From the IMG/VR virus record IMGVR_UViG_3300031938_000004, positions 1-54,798 of that record: a DNA stretch of 54,798 nucleotides; one strand, 5' to 3'. The position numbers and the translations under genes are program-made. Shown in pieces: positions 6,770 to 15,506 of the stretch (position 1 is its first letter; every line of letters begins with the position of its first letter). The notes beneath the pieces are model-generated. The model searched no databases and had not been told where the DNA came from. It saw only the letters and a program-made list of their open reading frames with translations. The DNA is from a virus. Lineage: Duplodnaviria > Caudoviricetes.

Positions 6770-9589
6770 TTAAGACAGGTCCATCACAACCTGCGCATCG
6801 ACAAAGATTGTGCCGGTGCCAGTGCCTGCGGCGGCCCAATAATACTGGCCCACGGCCCCCACCCCTTGCACCGAGGCCATCTTGTAAGTGCCAAGGGCAT
6901 AGGGCCCATAATTCTGGGTCGTCCCAGGCGGCACGCTGTACTGCACCAGCACCGCAGAGTTGGAATTCTGATACATGCGGACCGTGAGCGTGCCGGTCGA
7001 GGTGTTGGTGATGGTGACCGCGTACAGGTGAGCGGGCTTGGGCAACTTCCAGGTGTACGACTGCGAGCTTGAGCCGCCCATGTAAAGCACGGCATTGGTG
7101 GCAGAGAAGGTTGTCGGGGTGGAGCGGGCAGCGGTCGTAAGGCTCGTGACGCTGTAGGCAGGAGATGCCGAAGGGTACAGGTAGATGGGGTTTACAATGA
7201 GGTTGGCCGTCCCGCTCGCGCCGGTGGCCTGCCAAATATAGGCTTTGTTTTGCACCAAGGGATAGGTCGCAAGACCGAACAGACCGAAGTTGCCGGTGCT
7301 GGCCGCAGGGATGGCCTGGCTGTAAACAACCGCGGCCGTATCCTTGTCCAACAAAGACAGCGTCAGCGCCGCGCCCACGTTGCTGTAGGAGATGCCCATC
7401 AGGGCATTGGCCATAATGGGCGAGAAGGGTACCTGCTGGGTGGACCCTGGGTAGAGGCCAGGCAGAGGGACCGTGGGGCTCAAGGTTCCGGCGACCGTGA
7501 AACCTGGGCCAAGACCTGCGGCCTGCGATGTCAGAACGTCCATGGCTGCTGTGCCCAAGAGGCTCTTGGGACTCTGAGGCCAGCCGCTTTCGGTCTTGGC
7601 AGAGAAGAGCAGCCCGTTGGTCACGTCAACGTAGGCGTCGCCGATGCTCCCCACAGCAGCATCGGGCGGGCCATCGCCGGTCAGGATGCTGGTCCCTCGG
7701 TCGCCGGGCACCCCTTTGAGATTCACAGAAGTGGCAGGCCAGCCCGCTTCAGTCTTGGTGCCCCAAAAACGCCCACCAGCGGGGTCATAATAACAATCTC
7801 CCGGATTGCCCACGTTGGCCGCAGGCGCGCCTGAGCCTGTCAGAATGGTGCTGCCTTGGGCGCCGGTGGGGCCGACCAGCGAGATGCTATTGGCGGGCCA
7901 CACGCCGCCTTGGCGCGGCCCAAAAAGGCGGGAGCTTTCTTGGTCGATGAAAAAATCACCATTGTTGCCGGTGGTGTTGGTCGAAGGAGATCCGACGCCA
8001 TACCGCAAAATAGAGCCGTTCTGACCGGCTGGGCCCGCTTCACCTGGGGCACCAGCGGGGCCGACCAAACTGACGAAAGAGGGCGACCATGCGCCGCCGC
8101 TCTTGGCCGGGTAGAGACGGGCCGCGTCTTTGTCCAGATAGACATCATGGTCCTCGCCGTCGCTGGCACTCGGCGCGCCCGAACCTGTGATGAGGCTGTA
8201 GCCGCGAGGCCCTGAGGGGCCAGGCACGGTGCTGGCTGGCCCCTGAGGTCCTGCTGGGCCCGCCAAGGATCTGGGCTCTGTGCTCCAGAGCGGACCGGCC
8301 TTGGCCGGGTAGAGATTGGCCGAGGCCAAGTCCACGTAGCTGTCGCCCTCCTCGCCCACCAGGGCGCTGGGCGGTCCATACCCTGACAGAAGACTTTGGC
8401 CGCGCGGGCCGATGTCTCCTGGAGGACCAGGGACCGTCGAGTCTGCTCCCGCAGGACCGGCTTCACCGATGAGGCTCTTGCTGTGATTCCAATTGAGGGT
8501 CGCATCCTTAGGCCCGAAGATGCGCCAATTGTCAGCGTCCAAGTAAAACGCGCCCGTCTCCCCGAGGGTGGCACCCGGCGCGCCCGAGCCCGACAAAATG
8601 CCGGGGCCGCGGGGGCCGGCTGGGCCCGCTTCACCCGATGGGCCGACCTCTCCGGGCTGTCCTCGCAGCGAGGTGCCCTCGTTGGGCCATTGAGTCGCGC
8701 CCTTCGGCCCGATGAGCACGCTTGAGGTCCGCTGAAAATAGAAGTCGCCCTCAAGGCCCAGGGTGTTGTCGGGAGGCTCATCACCGGCATGCAGCGCGGA
8801 GCCGCTGCGGCCATCTCTTCCGGCTGGGCCCGCTTCGCCGCGGGGGCCTTCGGGCCCACCATAACTGTAGCCCGGCAGAGGCCAGGGGGAGCTGTTGTCC
8901 GAAGTCTTCGGGCCGTAAATCACATGGTCGGTGTTGTTGATGAACACGTCGCCTGGCTTGCCCACAAGAGAGCTGGGCTCGCCTGACCCCATAAGCACGC
9001 TTGCCCCGGCTGAGCCCGCCTGGCCCTCCACCCCGCGCTCCCCGGTCGCGCCGCGGGGCCCGATAAGGCTGAAGCCCTCTCCCCACGAGCCCTCGGTCTT
9101 GGGCCCGTAAAAAATGGCCTGCTCGGTGTTCACAAAAAAATCATTGTCTCGGCCCTGCACATCCGAGGGCGGGCCGTTGGCGGCGTAAATCAACGTACCG
9201 ACTTCGCCCAAAGGCCCGGGCGGGCCGACGAGGCTGGCGGATTCTGTGGGCCATGTGCCGCCGCTCTTGGGTCCCACCACCGAGCCGTTCTGGCTGTTGA
9301 AGTAGGTGTCGCCCTCGCGGCCCAAGCTGTCATCGGGCGGGCCATAGCCGTTGAGCAGACCCGTGCCAGGCTTGCCGTCAGCGCCCACCAAAGAGCGCGT
9401 GATGCCAGGCCAACCCTCTGGGGTCTTGGGTGCATGCAGCACGCCTTGGCTCAAATCAACATAGGTGTCGCCCACCTGACCCAAGTCAGCAGGAGGAGCG
9501 CCGAGGCCTGCCAGGACAGATGCGCCGCGAGGCCCAGCGCTGCCCTGCACGCCACGGATAGGGATGGGTGCGCCAAAGCGTGCGGTCAT
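6770..9589 (-). CDS. Collagen-like repeat fibre protein (probable head or accessory fibre)
   Basis: 11 copies of a G.G.P....G..GD.Y.D......GPK....W module separated by G-X-Y triplets, then a distinct beta-rich C-terminal domain. Confidence 0.85.
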   Translation of the reverse strand: MTARFGAPIPIRGVQGSAGPRGASVLAGLGAPPADLGQVGDTYVDLSQGVLHAPKTPEGWPGITRSLVGADGKPGTGLLNGYGPPDDSLGREGDTYFNSQNGSVVGPKSGGTWPTESASLVGPPGPLGEVGTLIYAANGPPSDVQGRDNDFFVNTEQAIFYGPKTEGSWGEGFSLIGPRGATGERGVEGQAGSAGASVLMGSGEPSSLVGKPGDVFINNTDHVIYGPKTSDNSSPWPLPGYSYGGPEGPRGEAGPAGRDGRSGSALHAGDEPPDNTLGLEGDFYFQRTSSVLIGPKGATQWPNEGTSLRGQPGEVGPSGEAGPAGPRGPGILSGSGAPGATLGETGAFYLDADNWRIFGPKDATLNWNHSKSLIGEAGPAGADSTVPGPPGDIGPRGQSLLSGYGPPSALVGEEGDSYVDLASANLYPAKAGPLWSTEPRSLAGPAGPQGPASTVPGPSGPRGYSLITGSGAPSASDGEDHDVYLDKDAARLYPAKSGGAWSPSFVSLVGPAGAPGEAGPAGQNGSILRYGVGSPSTNTTGNNGDFFIDQESSRLFGPRQGGVWPANSISLVGPTGAQGSTILTGSGAPAANVGNPGDCYYDPAGGRFWGTKTEAGWPATSVNLKGVPGDRGTSILTGDGPPDAAVGSIGDAYVDVTNGLLFSAKTESGWPQSPKSLLGTAAMDVLTSQAAGLGPGFTVAGTLSPTVPLPGLYPGSTQQVPFSPIMANALMGISYSNVGAALTLSLLDKDTAAVVYSQAIPAASTGNFGLFGLATYPLVQNKAYIWQATGASGTANLIVNPIYLYPSASPAYSVTSLTTAARSTPTTFSATNAVLYMGGSSSQSYTWKLPKPAHLYAVTITNTSTGTLTVRMYQNSNSAVLVQYSVPPGTTQNYGPYALGTYKMASVQGVGAVGQYYWAAAGTGTGTIFVDAQVVMDLS

Positions 9590-9599
9590 GTCGAGGTCC

Positions 9600-9986
9600 T
9601 TAGATGGCGGGTGGGTAGATCACGTCATTGATGCGGTCAAAATAATAGGAGCCCGCAGGATAATCATTATCTTCGGCAGGCGGGCCATCGCCCGAGAACC
9701 ACAACGTACCTGCCGGCCCCGCAGAGCCTGCTGCACCTGAGGCACCAATCAGCGACACGCCGGTTTTGGGCCAGGCGCTCTGAATCTTCTTGGGCCCAAA
9801 AAGGGTGTAGCTGTCCAGATCGAGCCAGAAATCATAGATATTGCCAACGGTCGCTTTGGGCGCGCCGTGGCCCGACAAAACACCACCGCCCATGCCGCTG
9901 ACGTACCCGCCCGAACTTGTGGGCGTGCCGCCAGAGCCGCTGCCTGAGGTAGAGCCTGGGATGCTGATGATCTGCAAGCTGGACAA
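9600..9986 (-). CDS. Short paralogue of the fibre repeat module
   Basis: GHGAPKATVGNIYDFWLD..LFGPKK..WP plus a second partial module. Confidence 0.7.
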   Translation of the reverse strand: MSSLQIISIPGSTSGSGSGGTPTSSGGYVSGMGGGVLSGHGAPKATVGNIYDFWLDLDSYTLFGPKKIQSAWPKTGVSLIGASGAAGSAGPAGTLWFSGDGPPAEDNDYPAGSYYFDRINDVIYPPAI

Positions 9987-10007
9987 GGTGATGGCCTCGC
10001 GGTCGGG

Positions 10008-10049
10008 CCCCTCGCGCCGGCACGAGCACGTGCACGCGGGCGCGAGGGG
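10008..10049. other. GC-rich hairpin downstream of the decoration gene
   Basis: CCCCTCGCGCC (10008-10018) and GGCGCGAGGGG (10039-10049) form a perfect 11-bp stem; no clear U-tract. Confidence 0.5.
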
Positions 10050-10064
10050 TTCAGCAGAAGGGGA

Positions 10065-10457
10065 TTAACCCAAGATGTAGACGGTGGTGATGTCACCCAA
10101 GACGGCCTGCTCGATGGCCTGAGCCACGACCGTGTCGCCGTCGGCGGCCTTGAGGAACGCACCATCATCATCAAGCTTGAGCAGATCGCCGTTGGCGAAG
10201 CTCCCGCCAGCTTTGGCTTGGCTGGTGCCCTTGCGGGTGATCTCGCAGGCTTCACCCTGGACGGGGTTGTTCTGCAAAATGCCAAAGAAGCTGCCGCCGG
10301 CGGACGGCTTGATGATGGCGGCATTGCCGCGGCCAGCGCCGACAATGTTTGCCGCGGTGCCGACATGCACGCCGTAAAACTGATTGAAGGCGGCAACCGA
10401 ACGGTCGTCGTCAGAGGACAAAAAGCCAATCTTCTCTAGGGGCTGGGCAAAGCTCAT
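10065..10457 (-). CDS. Capsid decoration/cement protein (DUF2190-like)
   Basis: GILQNNP..GEA..I...G.S...AGG.F..GD.L..D..G pattern; GGAG RBS. Confidence 0.8.
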   Translation of the reverse strand: MSFAQPLEKIGFLSSDDDRSVAAFNQFYGVHVGTAANIVGAGRGNAAIIKPSAGGSFFGILQNNPVQGEACEITRKGTSQAKAGGSFANGDLLKLDDDGAFLKAADGDTVVAQAIEQAVLGDITTVYILG

Positions 10458-10470
10458 GATTCAAGTCTCC

Positions 10471-11817
10471 TTAGTTGCGCTTTTCACGCTGGGCCTGTGC
10501 GTAGAGTGCACGGCCTGCGGGTGTGCTTAAAAATTGTGCCTCGATCTGCTCGCGGGTCTTGTCGGACTTCTGCACCATGGCATCGACAGACTGCGCGATC
10601 TTAGCCTCGGCGCCCTCGCCCTCAGAGGCGGTGTTGCTCATCGACGAGCCAAGCTCGGCAAAGAGGCCTTCCGCACCCCCTTGGCGCATCTGCGCATTGG
10701 CGGCCTTCATGATGCGTTCCCAGGAGGCCAGGCCCTCGGGGTCTTTTTTGTGCAGGCGCATCATGCTTGCCCCAATCTCATCGGGGCTGCCCAAGGCCGA
10801 GTACTCGCGGGCGGCCTTGGCCACAAACTCGCGGCGCTGCATCTCTTCGGAGAGCTGCGCCGATTTGTTGATGAGGGCGCGGTGGGCCTTCTCGAGGGCT
10901 GCAAAGCGGCTCATCTGGGACTTGAACACGGGCTCCAGGATTTTGCGCTGTGCTTTGGAGAGGCCCTTGAGGCTCAGGCTGGCAGCAGACTTGGCGATGG
11001 CGGACTTATTCAGCTCGTCCTCGTCCTCGTCTTTGGCGGCGTCGGTGTCCTCGGCCTTTTGGGCCTCCTCGCTCAAGCCGCGCTGGCGCATGGCCTCAGC
11101 GTAAGCGGTGCGGGCCGCGGCCATGGCGGCCTCGAGGTCCGAATCGGAAGCATCGGCAAAGCTGGGCATGCCATCGGCCTTGGCCACAGAAGGAGGCACA
11201 TCCTCGGCATCGGCCTCATCTTTGACTTCCTCGTCGGCGGCCTTCTGGGCCTCCTCGTCCTCGTCCTCTTTGTCGTCATCGGCCTTGTTGACGTCATCGT
11301 CTTCTTTGTCGTCGTCATCGGCCTTGTTGACGTCATCCTCTTCTTTGTCCTCCTCGCCGTCGGCCTTTTGGGCGTCCTCGAGGGGGTCTTCGGAGGGGTC
11401 TTCGGTGGGCTCTTCGTCGGCCTGTACACCCAGAGCATCGGCAAAGTCTGCCAACGTGTTGGCGCTCAGATCATCAGAGAACGGGGCCAGAATCCGAAAG
11501 GCCGCCTTGAGGGCATTTTGCGCATCCTCGCCCAGCAGACCGTCATCCTGCATCTCGCCCTCGGGCGCGTCACCGTCCGCTTTGGCCACGCGGGCCTTGG
11601 CGGATTTGGCAATGACGTTGATGTGGTCAAGCTTGTCTTTGGGGATGGCGCTCATGGCCGCCATGAGATCGACAGCCATGTGAGATTTGGCGCCGGTGGT
11701 CTGTTTGGCCATGCTAGGCCCTCCTGATGCAGATTTGACGATTAAGAAGCGGCGCTTATTGGCAGCCCGTTTGACGAGTGAGACCTCGTGAACATCCAAA
11801 TCCTTTAAGCGTCGCAT
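10471..11817 (-). CDS. Head scaffold protein with N-terminal XkdF-protease-like peptide
   Basis: MRRLKDLDVHEVSLVKRAANKRRFLIVKS, then highly acidic and coiled-coil body; internal AGGAG-ATG at 11712; tandem DDVNKADDD repeat. Confidence 0.8.
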   Translation of the reverse strand: MRRLKDLDVHEVSLVKRAANKRRFLIVKSASGGPSMAKQTTGAKSHMAVDLMAAMSAIPKDKLDHINVIAKSAKARVAKADGDAPEGEMQDDGLLGEDAQNALKAAFRILAPFSDDLSANTLADFADALGVQADEEPTEDPSEDPLEDAQKADGEEDKEEDDVNKADDDDKEDDDVNKADDDKEDEDEEAQKAADEEVKDEADAEDVPPSVAKADGMPSFADASDSDLEAAMAAARTAYAEAMRQRGLSEEAQKAEDTDAAKDEDEDELNKSAIAKSAASLSLKGLSKAQRKILEPVFKSQMSRFAALEKAHRALINKSAQLSEEMQRREFVAKAAREYSALGSPDEIGASMMRLHKKDPEGLASWERIMKAANAQMRQGGAEGLFAELGSSMSNTASEGEGAEAKIAQSVDAMVQKSDKTREQIEAQFLSTPAGRALYAQAQREKRN

Positions 11818-11891
11818 GTGTTGATCCCTCAATAGGCCCTAAAGATGCGCGAAAACACATCTCAAAACAAATCAAAGGTCGCGTTTTCAAG

Positions 11892-14477
11892 TTAAGCGGC
11901 GATGTCTTCGCGCGACCCCAGCCCGCCGATGGAGAAGCCGCTAAACCCATCCTCGAGGACCTGCTGCCACTCCTGGGGGTCAGCGACGTGCACGCTCATC
12001 AGCCAAGTCCCTTTGCGGGCAATCTCAGAGCCCTCGGGGCTGTCAAACGTCAGGTCCTGCGGCGCGATGTAGCTCTCCACCACCGACGCATCAATCGGCT
12101 TGCCATGCTCGGCACCAATCACCCGGGACTGCTTCAAAAAGTTGTGGGCCGCAATCTCGATGTCATGGGCGGTCAGCCAATCCCCCTGGGTGTCGACGTC
12201 TTCGGGCGTCAGCACAATTCCTGTGACTATCTGGCGCATCTTGTCGGACTTGAGGATGTGCACCGGCTTGCCGGCGCTCTTATTGATGAGGCTGGCCATG
12301 GCGAGATCTGCCGGGGCCTCGCCATAGGCGGCCAGGGCCATCTGGAGATCAAGGGGCCGCCCTATCCTCTGAGATGGCAGGCCATAGGCCGCCTCAATAT
12401 AGGCCATCTCCTGAGCAGACATCGTGGGGGCCGAGGCCGCTTTTGTTACGTCTTTTTTGCCCGGCAAAACTGCCTCAAGGGAGACGTGGACGACGGGCGT
12501 CCCGCCGGGCATGGTCTCAGTCTTAACATCCTTGACCTTAAATTGCTGATTCGGCCCGAACAGGTGCTCTGTTTCGTCGAGGTTGCCGGTGTCTGCGGGC
12601 AGATACTTTTTGACATCAAGCACATGGCTGCCCTTGGGCACGTCGGCCGTGAACAAAACTTTGTGGTGGCCCTCTTCTTTGCTGTTGCTGTTGGTGAACA
12701 TGAATGATTTGGCGGTGCCTGGGGATTCAGAGAAGCTGCTGAATCTTGATGTGGCAAGCGTCTCGCCAGGCTTAGGGATCTCTTTGAGGGACAGGCCACG
12801 GTACAACACCTGGTCCTGATCCGAAGTATGGCTCTCGATGGCTTCGGCGAGGTGCTGGGCGACCTTTTTGTTGATGTCGATGGATCTCTGCTGCATGCCG
12901 CCCCATGCGTCACTGCCTTGAATATCGGTCTGAGTCGCGCGGTGCATGGTCGCGGCGGTCACTTCCGTATTCCCCTGAGAACTGTTGACGTAGGCCCTGA
13001 GGGCCTCATCCTGCTCAGAGGGCAGTTTGGGCGTGCTTCGGACCTTCTCCTCAATCACCTTTTGCTTCTGCTCGTGCTCGGCCGCCTTATTCTGTTGGTC
13101 GTGATAGGCTCTGGCCATCCACTCGTGCTCGCCCTGCTTGTCGGGATTGCCCTTGGCCTCATGGTATTTGGCAGCATCAAGGTGCATCTGGCGGGCATCG
13201 GCATAATCCTCACTGGTGAACCCAGCGTGCTTGTTATTGGAGGGGCCCACCTTGGGGTCGACTTCCCGGCCTGAACGCGTGGCGCCAAATTTGGGCTTGG
13301 CCAACCGCTTAGGCTTTTCAGAAGGCTTCTTGCCTGAAGGCTTGTCGCCGGAGCCTGCACTACCCCCAGAGCCCGAGCCAAACTGCCCGTTGTCGGCGCG
13401 AGGATGCTTGCCCTCCTCCCAATCTGTCTTGAGGACATACGCGGCCTGAATATAGGCAAGCTCCTGGGCGGGTATGGGACATGCTGAAGCAGACTTCCTG
13501 GCGGGGGCAGGTCTAGGAGGGGGGGCCGACTTGCGAACGCCTTTATCAAAGGGGCTTGGCCGGTCATCGTATTTTCCGCTCTTGATGTCTGCCACTGCCC
13601 GGTCAATGTGGGCTATCTGCTGCTTGACGGCGTCATTGCGGGCATCAGCAGCGGTCATTTTCATGTTATGAACAGCCTGGGCGTGCGCTATCTGCGCGGT
13701 AAGTTTGTCCATATTGGCATTGTGCTCAGACTGCATTGCCTGAACCTTGGCGCCATGGTCCGCAATCATCGCCTCCATGTGTTTGCTGTGAGCGGCGAGA
13801 TCCTCATGGCCCTTAGTTTCGATGGCAGCAAGGTTGGCCTTACCCTCGGCCTTCAAAGAGGCAAGGCCCTTCTTTTGGCTCGCTTTGGCTGCATCTCCAT
13901 GGGCCTTGGCGCCCTCTTTGTCACCTGCGGCACGCGCCTTGGCTTGGGCATTGCGGTGGGCATCGCGGTCAGCAAAATGATCGTCGCTTGACTTGCCGGC
14001 ATCAGACTTGCCTGGCCCACCCCCGGAGCCGGAAGGCTTTTTACTGTCACCACCTCCACCGCCTGAGCCTGAGCCAAATTCTCCGTTGTCAGCCCTAGGA
14101 TGCTTGCTCTCGTCCCAGTCGCCGGCCTTGAGAACATAGTCTTTTTTGCGGCCGCCCAACGGCACCGGCACATGCACCTCGGATGCCAAGGGGCTCGCCT
14201 TGCCGATCTCGGCCTGCACCACTTTGATGCGTCTGCGCAGGGCCTCAAGCTCTTCCAGAAGGGCCTGCTTAGCGCTGCTGTCGCCTGCGGCCGCCTCATC
14301 GGGCAGGGCCTTGCGCACCTGGCCATAGCCCTGAGCGATGGCTCGGGCCTCGGCCTCAGGGATGCCTTGGGCGATAAGATTGCGAAGGTCGGCCCGCTGG
14401 GCCATGCCGAGCGGGGCCAATCGGCTCATCACACTCTTTTTGAGGCGAGCTAAGAATTGTTTGCGCACGTTCGTCAT
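11892..14477 (-). CDS. Polyprotein: WxExKHPR-tagged cargo, ADP-ribosyltransferase and XkdF-like prohead serine protease
   Basis: ART motifs VLYRG / FSSFS / DETEHL; C-terminal IVTGIVLTP..VDTQGD..EH..VVESYIAP..GTWLM..FSGFSIGG. Start at MTNVRK is assumed. Confidence 0.85.
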   Translation of the reverse strand: MTNVRKQFLARLKKSVMSRLAPLGMAQRADLRNLIAQGIPEAEARAIAQGYGQVRKALPDEAAAGDSSAKQALLEELEALRRRIKVVQAEIGKASPLASEVHVPVPLGGRKKDYVLKAGDWDESKHPRADNGEFGSGSGGGGGDSKKPSGSGGGPGKSDAGKSSDDHFADRDAHRNAQAKARAAGDKEGAKAHGDAAKASQKKGLASLKAEGKANLAAIETKGHEDLAAHSKHMEAMIADHGAKVQAMQSEHNANMDKLTAQIAHAQAVHNMKMTAADARNDAVKQQIAHIDRAVADIKSGKYDDRPSPFDKGVRKSAPPPRPAPARKSASACPIPAQELAYIQAAYVLKTDWEEGKHPRADNGQFGSGSGGSAGSGDKPSGKKPSEKPKRLAKPKFGATRSGREVDPKVGPSNNKHAGFTSEDYADARQMHLDAAKYHEAKGNPDKQGEHEWMARAYHDQQNKAAEHEQKQKVIEEKVRSTPKLPSEQDEALRAYVNSSQGNTEVTAATMHRATQTDIQGSDAWGGMQQRSIDINKKVAQHLAEAIESHTSDQDQVLYRGLSLKEIPKPGETLATSRFSSFSESPGTAKSFMFTNSNSKEEGHHKVLFTADVPKGSHVLDVKKYLPADTGNLDETEHLFGPNQQFKVKDVKTETMPGGTPVVHVSLEAVLPGKKDVTKAASAPTMSAQEMAYIEAAYGLPSQRIGRPLDLQMALAAYGEAPADLAMASLINKSAGKPVHILKSDKMRQIVTGIVLTPEDVDTQGDWLTAHDIEIAAHNFLKQSRVIGAEHGKPIDASVVESYIAPQDLTFDSPEGSEIARKGTWLMSVHVADPQEWQQVLEDGFSGFSIGGLGSREDIAA

Positions 14478-14555
14478 GGTCGTCGGGCCCCGCAGATGGT
14501 GGATGGGCCACACCGTAACAAACTTCGGGACAAGACGCGCCTTGCCTAAGAGGAC

Positions 14556-14777
14556 TTAAGGCTCGCGGCGGGGTGTCACCATCGTGCGCGATTGGCCCTT
14601 GCGGCTGCACTTGAGGTGGCAATAGGTGCGCCGAGCATAGTCGCTGTCATTTTCGCCCTCACGCAAGAAGAGCTTGGCCTGACAGGCCGGACAGAAGCGC
14701 TCGCCCGGAGGCTGCACTTTGGCGGGCGGGCGCAGGTGCTTAGGGGTTTTGAAGCGGGGGCGTGGTGTTGGGGTCAT
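14556..14777 (-). CDS. Small zinc-binding protein
   Basis: CPAC...YCHLKC. Confidence 0.55.
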   Translation of the reverse strand: MTPTPRPRFKTPKHLRPPAKVQPPGERFCPACQAKLFLREGENDSDYARRTYCHLKCSRKGQSRTMVTPRREP

Positions 14778-15126
14778 GAATGGTTGAGTGGAGGATGTCG
14801 GCGATGTTTGCAAGGTCCTGGGTCACCGTGACCGCCGCATCGTGCTCTGGGGCTGCCATCGGTTGCAGACCCTTGACCTCCACCTTCTTGATGGCCTGCT
14901 CCAGCGCCTCATAGGCGGCCTGTACCAGCGCCTGCGCCTCAGGCGGGAGCTTGGAGACTGCCTCGTTGACGGCAGGCTGGCCGCGGTCAAACAAAGCCGT
15001 GGTCAAGCTGTCAAAGGCCGCGTCCACCGGATCGTTGGGATCCGAGGGCTTCAAGGAGATGAGCTTGCCCACCGCACACGCATGCAGGACACCCACGAGG
15101 ACAATCACCAATAAGTTTTTACGCAT
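14740..15126 (-). CDS. Putative lipoprotein
   Basis: MRKNLLVIVLVGVLHAC: basic N-terminus, hydrophobic stretch, lipobox-like LHAC. Confidence 0.6.
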   Translation of the reverse strand: MRKNLLVIVLVGVLHACAVGKLISLKPSDPNDPVDAAFDSLTTALFDRGQPAVNEAVSKLPPEAQALVQAAYEALEQAIKKVEVKGLQPMAAPEHDAAVTVTQDLANIADILHSTIHDPNTTPPLQNP

Positions 15127-15186
15127 GCCGGTAAGTTAGCACCGCTTTCGGGGCCAGGTAAATCTTCGGCCACCCAGCGCGTCAAA

Positions 15187-15486
15187 TCAGCGCAGCCACG
15201 AGCACAGCCACGCGCAGCACATCTCGGCAATCCCCCGCCGAAAGGGGTCTGACGTGCAGCAGCAGGTGCCGGCGATGTTGCTGCACGACTCGCACACGCT
15301 GGTTAAGCACGTGCGGCAAGTGATGCCCTCGTAGACATCTTCGGCAAAGCTCACGGCATATTCCTCGGACTGCATGGAGGGCGCAGGGGATCTGGGGCAC
15401 ACGATGAGCATGGGCGAGACGCGCTGATAGGCAGGCGGCGGGGTGATGCTGCGGGCCGGGGGCCCCAAGGGCGCGGTCATGAGCAT
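15187..15486 (-). CDS. Cys-rich hypothetical protein
   Basis: 99 aa with many cysteines; follows MuF gene. Confidence 0.4.
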   Translation of the reverse strand: MLMTAPLGPPARSITPPPAYQRVSPMLIVCPRSPAPSMQSEEYAVSFAEDVYEGITCRTCLTSVCESCSNIAGTCCCTSDPFRRGIAEMCCAWLCSWLR

Positions 15487-15506
15487 CCTTTGTCAGAAGA
15501 GAAGGA

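Noticed and set aside
6770-9589. Repeats as a CRISPR array or diversity-generating retroelement target
   Set aside because: Repeats are protein-level and diverged in DNA; no identical spaced repeats, reverse transcriptase or template repeat were seen
11270-11345. Near-tandem DNA repeat
   Set aside because: In-frame DDVNKADDD duplication within the acidic scaffold, not a separate element
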